Source: Armatimonadia bacterium
GTDB lineage: Bacteria; Armatimonadota; Zipacnadia; Zipacnadales; UBA11051
Assembly (NCBI GenBank): GCA_039683575.1
Contig: JBDKRC010000243.1
Location: 1-64,000, forward strand
Direction: 5' to 3'
DNA: 64,000 bases
The notes under the pieces were generated by a model. It had not been told where the DNA came from. It worked only from the letters and a program-made list of their open reading frames with translations, and did no database searches. The position numbers and the translations under genes were made by a program. Position 1 is the first letter of the stretch; every line of letters begins with the position of its first letter. Below, piece by piece: positions 8,436-18,147 of the stretch.

Positions 8436-9536
8436 TGCCATCACCTCATCCAGCCACAGGCTGTTCGCTGTCTCCTTCGCCCCCACCAGCGCCGTCACGT
8501 CAATGAACAGGATGCTGGTCACCTTCTCGGGCTGCAGTCCTGTGTCTGGATCCACATCCTCGTCGTTAAGCCTGAATTTTTCCAGCGGCAAGACGAACTG
8601 CTGCCACTGCCCCTCCGGTACCTCTACCAGCGTCGTGTAGCCCGATTTGTCGCCCTCCTTTAGCGTCACCGCAAGGGTACACGCTGCCCCCGCCCGCACC
8701 CCGAAGGCGACCCGCTTGATGCCCTGCAACAGCCCTGGCCGCACCACATGCGCCATCGCCAGCAGGCTCTTGCTTGGCAGCTCATAGTCCAGCCGCAACG
8801 ACGATCCCTCCACCGCCTGATCGCTCGAAGTGCCAACCCTCAGGTTCCGGCCACCCAATACAAACCAGTACGCGCTGTCGCCGTCACAGTCCTCGACCAT
8901 GCGCGCGGGCGCCCCGTCGAGTGTGGCTGCCCTCAAGCGCTGCGGCGCCGCCGGCAGCATCTTCACCTCATCGAGCCATAGGTCCCGCCGGTTAGGCTGG
9001 CTCATGAAGAACGGGAACTTCCCGCCCGCCGCCTCTGCCATGAGCCACAAGGCCGGGTCCACCACTCCCAGCCCTGCCACCTGATCCAGATCAAGCTTCC
9101 CGTTCTCATCCTTCGCCGATTCCTCGAGGATGAAGTCGCTGAGGGGCAGGTCCAGCACGTGCCAGTCCCCGGCCTGCACGTAGATCATGTACACATAGGT
9201 CGATTCGTCCTGCTCGCGCAGGGCCAGCAGCAGTGGTCCGCTGGTAGAGGACTGCAGTGCCAGGTGCAGCCCCTCTGCCCCGACGATCCCCTGCAGGGGC
9301 ACCAGTAGCACTCCTGGCATATCCCCTTCCGTCGCCTGCCGCGGGCTGAAGCTGAATTGCAGGCTCCCTGCGCCCTGGTATACATGCCCCGGCTCATTCA
9401 CCACCCTGAGCTCTGCCTGCTTGTCGAGCGTCATCCAGCCGTGTTCCGGCTTCTCAAAGTCCCAAGCGGGTAGGCCCTGCCCCCAGACTGCCCCGACGGC
9501 GATCACCAGCATGACGACGGCAATCGTAGTGCGCAT
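8430..9536 (-). CDS. Secreted protein with two CBM11/CIA30-like galactose-binding-fold domains
   Basis: Signal peptide from MRTTIAV (SD GGGAGG); internal duplication ending DLWLDEV and SLWLDEV. Confidence 0.7.
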   Translation of the reverse strand: MRTTIAVVMLVIAVGAVWGQGLPAWDFEKPEHGWMTLDKQAELRVVNEPGHVYQGAGSLQFSFSPRQATEGDMPGVLLVPLQGIVGAEGLHLALQSSTSGPLLLALREQDESTYVYMIYVQAGDWHVLDLPLSDFILEESAKDENGKLDLDQVAGLGVVDPALWLMAEAAGGKFPFFMSQPNRRDLWLDEVKMLPAAPQRLRAATLDGAPARMVEDCDGDSAYWFVLGGRNLRVGTSSDQAVEGSSLRLDYELPSKSLLAMAHVVRPGLLQGIKRVAFGVRAGAACTLAVTLKEGDKSGYTTLVEVPEGQWQQFVLPLEKFRLNDEDVDPDTGLQPEKVTSILFIDVTALVGAKETANSLWLDEVMAQ

Positions 9537-9606
9537 TGTCAGCCTCCCTCTGCACGTTCCGCCCGCGTGGGCCCGACACTCCGTAGCGGGCCTCCCCACC
9601 ATACCC

Positions 9607-11346
9607 CTAGGGCTGTGTCCGCACCCTTCGCGCTATATACTCGGCATCGACCGCCCCCGACTTGCGCCGGGCCTCTACCCACTGCGCCAGTTCCTCTCCT
9701 GCTTCCCTGGCCCGCGCGGGGTCCTGCGCCACGAGTTCTCGCCAACTCCCCAGTCGCTCGAGCAGTTGCACCCCAGTCTGCGCCCTCTCCACCGCCTCCC
9801 GGTGCCGCCGCTCTCCCCGCGCCGCCAGTGCAATCGCCCGGCCCAGGTGCTCCAGCGCGGGCTGCAGCAACTGGTGCGTCGCCCGGCGGGTGTACTCAAG
9901 GTCATAGTGGTACACACACGGCCCACGTGCTATGAAACTACTTTCTAAAATACTAAAATACTCCAGCATCTCCCCCGCCGCCGCTCCGTACAGCTCCTGG
10001 TAGTACCCTGCACGGTACTCGTCCAGCCGGGCTTCCGGGTCCCAGGCCAACCGCCCGATCAGGTGCGCGTTCTCACCGTAAGGCCCCCACTCCTCCGGCT
10101 TGAACTCCAGCACAAAGCCGTCTACACCAATCCCGGCATAGTACTGGAAGTCCGCGGGCAGCACGGGCTCCAGCCGGTATGGCAGCGACATCATGTCAAT
10201 GAGCATCAGGTACTCAAACAGGTAGAGCGTTCCGGGTACAATACCCCGCCACTGCTCCAGCAGCCTCGCATACCGCTCGTTCGGCCTGCTGCACCCCTCC
10301 TCGCCCCGGATTGCGTGCCTGAAGCAGCGCTGGAACGGGGCGAAGCATACCTTCACGTTCGCCAGCGGCACCGTCTCGCGTGGCGGCTCGATGTAGTTGA
10401 CATAGGCAAGGGCGCTCAGGAAGCGGTCTGGATGCCGCTGCGCGACCCGCTCGGCCACCGCATTGACAAACTTCAGGTAGGTGTCGGTCCGGCGTGGCTG
10501 CGAAGGGTACACCCCCGATGGCTCCTGGGGCTCCAGTGACAGGCACTCCGCGCACTCACACCAGCCGTACCCGTCGTTAGGCCACAAGCCTACCATATCG
10601 ATCTCGGGATGCTGGTCGAGGAAGTCGCAAACCCGCGCTGCCATCGCCTCGGCCACCGCCGGGTTGGACGTGCAGACCTGCCCCTTTGTCGAGCGCTCCC
10701 CCTGTAACTGGGCATACCATTCTGGATGCTTCTCGAAGAACTCCTCCGGCGGCAGGAAGAACCGGAAGCTATGGTGGCCCATCTCCACCTTCATCCCCCG
10801 CCCGACAAGCTCCCGCCGCAGCACCTTCTCATACGCCTCCAGGCTCCCTGCCGCATTGGCGAAGATCATGAAGCGGTTGAAGCGGTGCTTGGCCATCCAA
10901 TCGACCATCGAGACGGTGCGTTGATCAATGGCGGGGTAGTTGGTGAAGGCGCGGTGGGTCATCGCAGGCCGGAACACCTGTCGCTCGCACGGCACCTCCA
11001 ACGCCTCGATGCGTGGCACGACCTCGCCACCCTCAAAGTCAGAGAGCCAGCGGCACCCGGCGTGGCTCTCGAGGAGGTGGTACACCGCGAACAGGACGCT
11101 GAGCGCGCAATCGCCCCACAGCGTGACGCGCCCCTCCTCAACCTCCCATCCATACTCCTCCGCCTCGCCTGGCTCAACCCGCAGCACAATCGCCGATCCG
11201 TCGGCCTCTTCCGCTACCTCAAACCACGCCCCGGTAATGATCGCCAGGTACCTTGCCAACTCGTCGGCCGCAAAATCGAGTCCGGCCTCCGCAGGCCGTA
11301 CAATCCGGAACTCAGTACTACCATCTCTGGCAATGATCATGTGCAT
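9607..11346 (-). CDS. DUF4838-like putative glycoside hydrolase
   Basis: GH20/67-like N-domain (AADELARYL); HHSFRFFLPP..F.KHPEWYA..G.R...QVCTSNP; PNDGYGWCEC.EC. Confidence 0.8.
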   Translation of the reverse strand: MHMIIARDGSTEFRIVRPAEAGLDFAADELARYLAIITGAWFEVAEEADGSAIVLRVEPGEAEEYGWEVEEGRVTLWGDCALSVLFAVYHLLESHAGCRWLSDFEGGEVVPRIEALEVPCERQVFRPAMTHRAFTNYPAIDQRTVSMVDWMAKHRFNRFMIFANAAGSLEAYEKVLRRELVGRGMKVEMGHHSFRFFLPPEEFFEKHPEWYAQLQGERSTKGQVCTSNPAVAEAMAARVCDFLDQHPEIDMVGLWPNDGYGWCECAECLSLEPQEPSGVYPSQPRRTDTYLKFVNAVAERVAQRHPDRFLSALAYVNYIEPPRETVPLANVKVCFAPFQRCFRHAIRGEEGCSRPNERYARLLEQWRGIVPGTLYLFEYLMLIDMMSLPYRLEPVLPADFQYYAGIGVDGFVLEFKPEEWGPYGENAHLIGRLAWDPEARLDEYRAGYYQELYGAAAGEMLEYFSILESSFIARGPCVYHYDLEYTRRATHQLLQPALEHLGRAIALAARGERRHREAVERAQTGVQLLERLGSWRELVAQDPARAREAGEELAQWVEARRKSGAVDAEYIARRVRTQP

Positions 11347-11356
11347 GTCCCTCAGC

Positions 11357-11407
11357 CCTGTCCTATCCTGTCCATCCTGCCGTCATCCTGTCTATCCTGA
11401 CAAGCTC
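11357..11407. repeat. ATCCTG-based dispersed repeat, copy 1 (others at ~19031-19076, ~35329-35370, ~43722-43758)
   Basis: Shared core CGTCATCCTGYNYATCCTGACAAGC in three copies, plus a looser fourth copy. Confidence 0.8.
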
Positions 11408-12741
11408 CCCTGTATCACTCCCGCTACCTCATCCGCCAGGGCCTCGATCTGGTCCGCATCCTCACCCTCGATCATCACCCGCGCCAGTGGCTCTGTGCCG
11501 GAGTACCGCACCACGATCCGCCCGCGGCCACCAAGCGTCTCTTCCACCTTCTCCACCGCCTGCGCGATCCGGGGAAAGTCCGTCAGCGGCGGCTTATCGG
11601 CGACCACAATATCACGCGTCGCCTGCGGCAGGATCGTCAGGATCGAGGCCAGTTGCGACAGGGGCTGCCCGCTGGCCGCCATCGCCGCGAGCACCTGCAC
11701 CGCTGTGATCACGCCGTCGCCAGTGTGGGCGAACTCGCCGAAGATGATATGCCCCGCTTGCTCGCCGCCCAGCACCGCGCCGACTTCCGACATTTTCTCC
11801 CACACAAAGCGGTCGCCAACCGGGCTGCGTACGATCTTGATGCCGTGGGGCTCCAGCGTCAGGTCCAGGCCTTTGTTGCCGAGGATCGTCGTGACGATGG
11901 TATCTCCAGCCAGGCGCCCCCGCTCATGGAGGTAGAGCCCGCAGATCGTCAGTATGAAGTCTCCGTTCAGCACCCGCCCGCGCTCGTCTACCAGTATCGC
12001 GCGGTCGCCGTCGCCGTCGTGAGCGATTCCCAGATCGGCCAGATGCGTCGCCACGGCGCGCTGCAGGGACTCGGGATGGGTTGACCCGCAGCCCTCGTTG
12101 ATGTTCAGCCCATCCGGGACCGCATTGATGGCGATGACCTCCGCGCCATACTCCTCCAGCAGGCGCGGCGTGATGGTTGATTGGGCGCCGTTTGCGCAGT
12201 CTACGACCACTGTCAGACCCGACAGATCCAGGTCCCGCGGCGCGGTCTGCCGCACGTGCGACAGATAGCGCTCAATCACATTGGTGCGCTCGACGACACG
12301 CCCAACCGCCGCCCCCGTCGGGTTCAGGGCCCTGTGGCTCTTCTCGGCATACACCTTCTCAATCTCCCGCTCCAGGTCGTCGTCAATCTTCGTGCCGTCG
12401 CGGTTGAAGAACTTGATCCCATTGTCGCCCACCGGGTTGTGCGAGGCTGAGATCATGACTCCAAGCTGCGCCGACAGCACCCCGGTGAGATGCGAGATAG
12501 CCGGAGTGGGCACAATCCCCGCGCGGCACACCGACGTCCCCACCGAGCACAGGCCAGAGACCAGCGCGCATTCGAGCATATCGCCCGACAGCCGCCCATC
12601 CCGGCCGATCAGCACCGTATCGGCGCCGTACTTCCGAAACACATAACCCGCAGCGCGCCCGAGCCCATAGACCACTTCAGGCGTCATCGGGTACTTGTTG
12701 GCCAGTCCGCGAACCCCATCAGTTCCAAAGAGTCGTTCCAT
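11392..12741 (-). CDS. glmM: Phosphoglucosamine mutase
   Basis: LFGTDGVRG, MISASHNP, DGDGDR, GGEQAGH, VRYSGTEPLARVMIEG. Confidence 0.95.
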   Translation of the reverse strand: MERLFGTDGVRGLANKYPMTPEVVYGLGRAAGYVFRKYGADTVLIGRDGRLSGDMLECALVSGLCSVGTSVCRAGIVPTPAISHLTGVLSAQLGVMISASHNPVGDNGIKFFNRDGTKIDDDLEREIEKVYAEKSHRALNPTGAAVGRVVERTNVIERYLSHVRQTAPRDLDLSGLTVVVDCANGAQSTITPRLLEEYGAEVIAINAVPDGLNINEGCGSTHPESLQRAVATHLADLGIAHDGDGDRAILVDERGRVLNGDFILTICGLYLHERGRLAGDTIVTTILGNKGLDLTLEPHGIKIVRSPVGDRFVWEKMSEVGAVLGGEQAGHIIFGEFAHTGDGVITAVQVLAAMAASGQPLSQLASILTILPQATRDIVVADKPPLTDFPRIAQAVEKVEETLGGRGRIVVRYSGTEPLARVMIEGEDADQIEALADEVAGVIQGSLSG

Positions 12742-12755
12742 ACTTCCACCCTTCA

Positions 12756-12780
12756 CGCGTAGTGTGGGCGTCTCGCCCGC
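12756..12780 (+). repeat. GTAG-type REP-like palindrome, family A (also 26503-26527, 36730-36754 reverse, variant 43648-43673)
   Basis: CGCGTAGTG(C/T)GGGCGTCTCGCCCGC. Confidence 0.85.
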
Positions 12781-12793
12781 CTCCCCCGTACCG

Positions 12794-14974
12794 TCATTGT
12801 GCCGCCACGCCCTCCTGCGCCATCACAGTTTCTGTCAGCGCCCGCTCCACCAGCACCTTGCCGCCCTGTTCAATCTTGATCGCGCCGCCTACCGGTCCCG
12901 ACGTCGCCAGGGTCACCGTCACCTGTTTGCCCGCCGCCTCAAACCTCAGCACCGCTTGCCCGTCCCGCGTCTCCACCTTCCCCTCCGTCATCCCCTCCAG
13001 CTTATTGTCGCCCACCTGTAGCAGGTGCAGGAAGACATCCTCTGCGCGGGCCGCCCCCGGCTTTACTTCCAGCCGCCACCGCCCCATCAACTCGGGGACT
13101 TCCTTGTACTCAAGCGGCTTGATGCCGGTGTACTCAGCCTTCTTGATCTCCTCGGCTGGCCCCGCAGTGATCGAATAGTTGACGCCGTCGGCCAGGAACT
13201 CTTTGCCCGGCCCACCGACCTTCTCAACAGACGCGTCGCCCGGCAGCAGCGTCTGGCAGAAGATGCGGCCCTCGCCCTGGTCCGCCCGCGCCACTCGCCC
13301 CTGTAGTTGCGGCTCGTTGGCGAAGTGAAGAAGCCACGTTTTGGCAAACTCCGGCTTCGTGGCCGCTACCCGGTCGAACACCACAAAGTAGTCTGGCATG
13401 ACGAAGATGAACTGCCGCACCATCTGGCGGCACTTCTCCGCAGAGTACACTGGTGTCGCGTCCGCGGCCACATACGTGTACAGCGGGTTCGTCTCAAACG
13501 CAATGATCTTCGAGCCCACCTGCGAGTTCTGGCCGCCGGGCTGAGCCGTCACCTTCCCGTTCCAGTACTGCGTTGGCGGCTCTCCAGGCATCTTGATAAG
13601 CACGCAGTTGTGCGCTATGGTCTGGGCAAAGTAGTTTTGCAGATTGTCGGTGTTTCCCTCACGCGTCCCGGTGTCCAGCGCCAGGTAGCCCCGCTTGTAC
13701 ATCACGAAATTGGTCGCATCGAAATGCGTGTGCTGGTTAGTCTTCGCCCCGGCCGTGAACAGCGCGTAGGTATCCTCCGGCCCGCTCCCTGACCGCATGA
13801 ACACCTGCCCCATCATCTCAAAGAACCGCGCCGGCGGAAGCTTGCCCGGGTCTTGCGGCGGTGGGGCCTGCTCAAGCCCCGTCAACAGGAACGGGTAGAC
13901 ACACCAGATGGCGTCGTTGAAGTACTCCGGGAACAGTCCCCCCACATACCCCGCCAGCGCCGCTGCCTCCGGCTGCGACTGGCCGTAGAAGTGCCGCACA
14001 TGCGCCATGTGGGTATACATGAGCCAGCGGGACAGACGGTTGTCCTTGTGCGGCGTGTCCCCGTAGCCGTATTCCAGCAGCCCCGGCAGCACGTTCCACA
14101 GCACGTAGTTCGCGAAGGTGGCCAGGTACGGCCACTTCGCCGAGTCATCAATGCCCGCCGCCGACTTCAGGCAGTGCAGGTAGTTCCACTCGGCCAGCGG
14201 GTAGTCGGCGAGGGAATACCCCAACGTAGCCGAGGCCGCCCCGCCGTCGTCGCCACACATCTCTGCGCGGTGCGCCAGTAACTTCTGGTAAGTGGTATAG
14301 CCCTGCTCGATCAGCTTAGCTGCCGCCGCGTCGTCAATGCCTTCCCCATACAGCGCCAGCCCTGTGAACAGGGCGAGGTTATCGTCACCATAGTACCCGG
14401 TGGCGGGACCCGAGCGATTCTGCCGCTGCAACAGCTTCCCCGTCAGTATCTCGTTTACGTGCTTGAGGAAGCTCGCGGCCAGCTCCTGGCGTTCCTGGGG
14501 CTGCAGGTCATTCCACACCCAGTCCAGCGCACAGAGCCATCCCATGCGGCTGCGCGCGTACCAGTTCACAGACTTGCCCTGCGCCGTGCAGGCGTGGTAG
14601 TAGTCCAGGCTCGCCCACAGCATCTCCCGGATCTTCTGCAGGCTGGCAGCATCCGAAGTAATGCGGTAGACGAAGGCCTGATTCATGAGCCGGTCGCCAT
14701 AGTCCCGCGCCTCAAAGCTGCTCCCAGCGCGCGTGGGCGGGCGCTGGATCGCCGACCACTCGTACTTCGAGACTGGCAACTCGCCGGCCTTGCGGACCTT
14801 CTCAAGCTGCTGCGCCATTACCCCCTCGGCCCGTGCCTTCACCGCGGGCCAGGTGTCGGCATTGAAGTACAGCCGCGGATGGTCTCGACGGATCTGGCCC
14901 AGCCATGGGACCGTCTGCGCTCCCACCTGCGCGCAAAGCCCCAGCAACACCAACAGAGCGATTGCTTTGGTCAT
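12794..14974 (-). CDS. Secreted heparinase II/III family polysaccharide lyase
   Basis: Signal peptide; HPRLYF; QHTHFDATNFVMYKRGYLALDTG; QTIAHNCVLI; GRWRLEV. Confidence 0.88.
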   Translation of the reverse strand: MTKAIALLVLLGLCAQVGAQTVPWLGQIRRDHPRLYFNADTWPAVKARAEGVMAQQLEKVRKAGELPVSKYEWSAIQRPPTRAGSSFEARDYGDRLMNQAFVYRITSDAASLQKIREMLWASLDYYHACTAQGKSVNWYARSRMGWLCALDWVWNDLQPQERQELAASFLKHVNEILTGKLLQRQNRSGPATGYYGDDNLALFTGLALYGEGIDDAAAAKLIEQGYTTYQKLLAHRAEMCGDDGGAASATLGYSLADYPLAEWNYLHCLKSAAGIDDSAKWPYLATFANYVLWNVLPGLLEYGYGDTPHKDNRLSRWLMYTHMAHVRHFYGQSQPEAAALAGYVGGLFPEYFNDAIWCVYPFLLTGLEQAPPPQDPGKLPPARFFEMMGQVFMRSGSGPEDTYALFTAGAKTNQHTHFDATNFVMYKRGYLALDTGTREGNTDNLQNYFAQTIAHNCVLIKMPGEPPTQYWNGKVTAQPGGQNSQVGSKIIAFETNPLYTYVAADATPVYSAEKCRQMVRQFIFVMPDYFVVFDRVAATKPEFAKTWLLHFANEPQLQGRVARADQGEGRIFCQTLLPGDASVEKVGGPGKEFLADGVNYSITAGPAEEIKKAEYTGIKPLEYKEVPELMGRWRLEVKPGAARAEDVFLHLLQVGDNKLEGMTEGKVETRDGQAVLRFEAAGKQVTVTLATSGPVGGAIKIEQGGKVLVERALTETVMAQEGVAAQ

Positions 14975-14989
14975 GCTGCCCCTTTCCCC

Positions 14990-15026
14990 AAAAAGCATGA
15001 GAGCCCTCCCGCAGGAAGGCTCTCAT
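14990..15026 (-). terminator. Intrinsic terminator downstream of the mini GyrA-CTD gene
   Basis: Minus strand ATGAGAGCCTTCC-TGCG-GGAGGGCTCTCAT-GCTTTTT. Confidence 0.75.
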
Positions 15027-15054
15027 AAGACCACAACCAGTCGCAAATCTACAA

Positions 15055-15360
15055 CTAGACCAACGCGCCCACGATTTCGTCGTCGTCGGCAACGTTCATC
15101 ACGCGCACGCCACCGGCCTGCCGGCTGCGGGTCGAGATGTCGTCCACATTGGTCATCAGAGCCATACCACCGGCGGTCACCAGCAGTACGCGCTGGCCCT
15201 TGCCAGTCTTCACGTGCTCTACGACAGCCACAGTGCCACTGTCCTCTGTAACCTTGAAGCCACCGACGCCACGGCCGCCGCGACCCTTGGTCGGGAACTC
15301 GCTCTCGTCAACAACCTTACCAAAACCCTTCTTGGTTACGATCAGAACTGCTTCAGCCAT
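15055..15360 (-). CDS. Stand-alone DNA gyrase subunit A C-terminal repeat protein (two pinwheel blades, 101 aa)
   Basis: VLIVTKKGFGK...EFPTKGRGGRGV and VLLVTAGGMAL...DISTRSRQAGGVRVMNV..DDEIV match GyrA CTD blades; SD AAAGGAG. Confidence 0.85.
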   Translation of the reverse strand: MAEAVLIVTKKGFGKVVDESEFPTKGRGGRGVGGFKVTEDSGTVAVVEHVKTGKGQRVLLVTAGGMALMTNVDDISTRSRQAGGVRVMNVADDDEIVGALV

Positions 15361-15390
15361 TTGGTATGTCTCCTTTCCAGATAACCCTAC

Positions 15391-15429
15391 TAGGCCCACA
15401 TTGTAGACAAAATAGGCCTAAGTGCGCAA
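15391..15429 (-). promoter_or_regulatory. sigma70 promoter with overlapping inverted repeat
   Basis: TTGCGC-N18-TACAAT; imperfect IR TAGGCCCACATTGT-AG-ACAAAATAGGCCTA (15391-15420) covers the -10 box. Confidence 0.65.
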
Positions 15430-15493
15430 GAGGGGCTTCCTGCGGCTTTTCGGCTGCACCTCCCAGGTGCGCGCCGCCGAGTTTTCACACAAG

Positions 15494-18100
15494 CTACTGC
15501 AGCTTCACAACAACAGTGCCCTGAGCGGGGATTTCGAGAGTTAGGACGTCGCCCGGCGCCGGCACCGGCTCTCCGTTCGGGACTCTCCTGGCCTCGATCC
15601 GGCGCAGCCCGAGCGCCTTCTGGTCTACAGTCACCCGCGCCTGCTCCGGGGCCTCGGAGGGGTTGTGGATCACGAGATAGCGCCCGTAGCGTTCGAGGCG
15701 CAATGTGGATGGCAGGACCCTGGCGCAAGTCATCGGCTCCCAGCCGGCGGTGGCCAGATCGCGGAAGGTCTGAGCGAACCGGGCCATCGTCTCAGGCGTG
15801 TTGCCATGTCCCGGGAAGATGCCATGCAACTGATTGCGCTGCAGTTGCCAGTCGGGGACGGGCTTGTACGGCAGGTCGGTGCAGAGCTTGTGGCGGGCAA
15901 TCGCGCGCGCAAAGTCCGGGTCGGCGAACTGCGGGGCCTCTGCGCCCAAGACATCCAGATACGGCGCGGCGAAGGTCAGCCAACCCGGTGTGGTGCCCCA
16001 CGAACAGTTGGCCATCAGAACCATGTTTCGTCCGTGCATGTCCTTAGCCAGGTCGCGAGCGAACTCCACCGAAGAGGTGAACATCGCGATGACCGGTTGC
16101 TTGTCCATGGCCGAGAAGGTCAGCGGGGAGTTGACATACTGGAAATTCTCCCGCCGGTAGTTCACGCGGCTGTACTGCCCGTAGCCGCCGAAAGAGTCCA
16201 GCGCAATGCCATCGTAGTGCGCGCCACTCTCCAGCATGCTCTTCAGGCCAGACTCAATGAAGACCTCGCGGGCAAACCAGCCCTTGCCCTCGGGGATGTC
16301 GGGATCGAGGCTGCAGGGGAAGATGAACCCCAGCTGGCTCTCGCCCATCCAGGGATACTTGCCGCCTCCTCCGCTCGGGGTGCCGTCAGCCTCGTAGTTG
16401 ACGGAATTCAGAGTTGCCCGCGAGACCACCTGCATGGCCTCTCGCGGCGAATGCCGCTTCACCCACCAGGCGGGCACGTAGGAATGGGCGTAGCTGAGCT
16501 TCTCGTACTTCGCGAGTTCCTCCGGGTCACCCGCGGCTACCTTGCGTAGTCGCTCGAGCGCTACACTGAAAGGTGGCAGTGTCTCGTAGTCGCCCATCGT
16601 CTGCTGGTAGAATTCCGCCTCGATGTACTGAAGCGCGGTAGCGCCGTTGTCGTTGTCCCACTTGACGCCTTTCTCCTGCGGGCCCCAGTGCATGCGGAAG
16701 CCCGCCTGCAGGGCCTGTGGCATGTCGCGCATGTCACCCCACACGTACCACCCGCCCTGCTCTTTTACCCGGTTGGTGAAGAACTCGGGGAAGAAGTCGT
16801 AGTACCGCTGCAGGGCCGAACGGAAGCCCCAGGCCGGGTCGTGGCGGTAGAGCAGGAAGCGGAAGGGGGCCTCGCTGAGGGACTGGCCGTGGATGGTCTT
16901 GCCCGGCGTGAGGCCGAAGTCCAGGGCGAGGTAGAACAGGCGCAGGGTCGGGATGTAGCCAATCCGGTGCACGACGGGTTCATCCATGCGGACACCGAGG
17001 CTATAGCCGCTCTTGCCGGGCAGAGAGATGGCGCCGATGGGGTACTTGGAGTGCTGGCCGTTGAGGCCATAGCCCATGCTGCCCTCAAGGTATGAAAGCT
17101 CGCCTTCGGGGCCGGCTTTGGTGCGGCTGGCGGCCACGCTGTCCCACCACTGCCACTGGCCCTCCGGCACCGGAAGCGCAAAGTAGAGCGTCACCGCGCG
17201 GTCTTCCCGGCGCAGGTCGCGGACAACGCCGCTGATCTCAACGTATGGACCCACGTTGCGGTAGACAGCCTCAACGCCCAGTCCGAGCTTGTCTATCCGA
17301 GCTGATTGGGCCAGGTCCTTTCCCCGTCGCGTGACGTTCCCGCCGACCATCATGGGCGGGTCGTCTTGCTGAGCGTCTCTAATCAGCAAGCCGCTGAGCC
17401 CTCCGGCGGTATGTCCATCCACGCAGACGCCGCCGGGCTTGCTGAGCCCCAGCGAGAGGCGGTCGGCTGTGGTGAGCGTCAAGGCGGCTGGAGCGGCCTG
17501 GGCTGTGGGCCACGACTGCTTGCCATAGATCTGGGTATCGAAGGCCACCGCCTCGTCGCCGACACCCTCAAGCTGGGCGACGGCGAACTCCCACTTCAGC
17601 GGCACGTTGCCTGCTGCGGGCTGCTCGTACAGGTACATGTCAAGCTGCAGGATGTTGCTGCGCTGGATTGGGGTCAGCCAGTCGGTGTACTCGACCCAGC
17701 GGCCGAGCGGGACACTGTGCTCCACCGACTGCTGCCACATCGGCTTGTCCGCAAGCTCCGCGTGGCGCTTCTGGTCGTCATAGAAGACGATGGCCAGACG
17801 GCGTTTGCGGGTGCTCTCGTCTTCGCTGGTGACGCGCACCTTCAGGCGCAGGCGGGTGTAGCGGCTCCAATCCTGCGGTGTCTTGAAGGACAGCCGCAGC
17901 TTGGGGTAGTCCTCCTCGCCGCCGTTCGGAGTGATCACGGTCGCAAGCGGGGCCTCAGGGGTCGGCGCGGCCAGATCCATCTTAGTCGTGGGGCGATCTA
18001 GGTTCGTCTCCCACTGGTTTGGCGGTGCCAGGAGGTCAACGGTCTGCGCTGAGACGAGGGCACTGCAGAGCAAGCTCACAGCCAGCAGGAGGCGGTACAT
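15494..18100 (-). CDS. Large secreted hypothetical protein, possibly carbohydrate-active
   Basis: Signal peptide; 868-aa ORF; YDGIALDS-type TIM-barrel-like motif. Confidence 0.75.
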   Translation of the reverse strand: MYRLLLAVSLLCSALVSAQTVDLLAPPNQWETNLDRPTTKMDLAAPTPEAPLATVITPNGGEEDYPKLRLSFKTPQDWSRYTRLRLKVRVTSEDESTRKRRLAIVFYDDQKRHAELADKPMWQQSVEHSVPLGRWVEYTDWLTPIQRSNILQLDMYLYEQPAAGNVPLKWEFAVAQLEGVGDEAVAFDTQIYGKQSWPTAQAAPAALTLTTADRLSLGLSKPGGVCVDGHTAGGLSGLLIRDAQQDDPPMMVGGNVTRRGKDLAQSARIDKLGLGVEAVYRNVGPYVEISGVVRDLRREDRAVTLYFALPVPEGQWQWWDSVAASRTKAGPEGELSYLEGSMGYGLNGQHSKYPIGAISLPGKSGYSLGVRMDEPVVHRIGYIPTLRLFYLALDFGLTPGKTIHGQSLSEAPFRFLLYRHDPAWGFRSALQRYYDFFPEFFTNRVKEQGGWYVWGDMRDMPQALQAGFRMHWGPQEKGVKWDNDNGATALQYIEAEFYQQTMGDYETLPPFSVALERLRKVAAGDPEELAKYEKLSYAHSYVPAWWVKRHSPREAMQVVSRATLNSVNYEADGTPSGGGGKYPWMGESQLGFIFPCSLDPDIPEGKGWFAREVFIESGLKSMLESGAHYDGIALDSFGGYGQYSRVNYRRENFQYVNSPLTFSAMDKQPVIAMFTSSVEFARDLAKDMHGRNMVLMANCSWGTTPGWLTFAAPYLDVLGAEAPQFADPDFARAIARHKLCTDLPYKPVPDWQLQRNQLHGIFPGHGNTPETMARFAQTFRDLATAGWEPMTCARVLPSTLRLERYGRYLVIHNPSEAPEQARVTVDQKALGLRRIEARRVPNGEPVPAPGDVLTLEIPAQGTVVVKLQ

Positions 18101-18147
18101 TCGGCATCACCCGGATCATCTGGATTTGACAGCCACAACGGTGGCGG

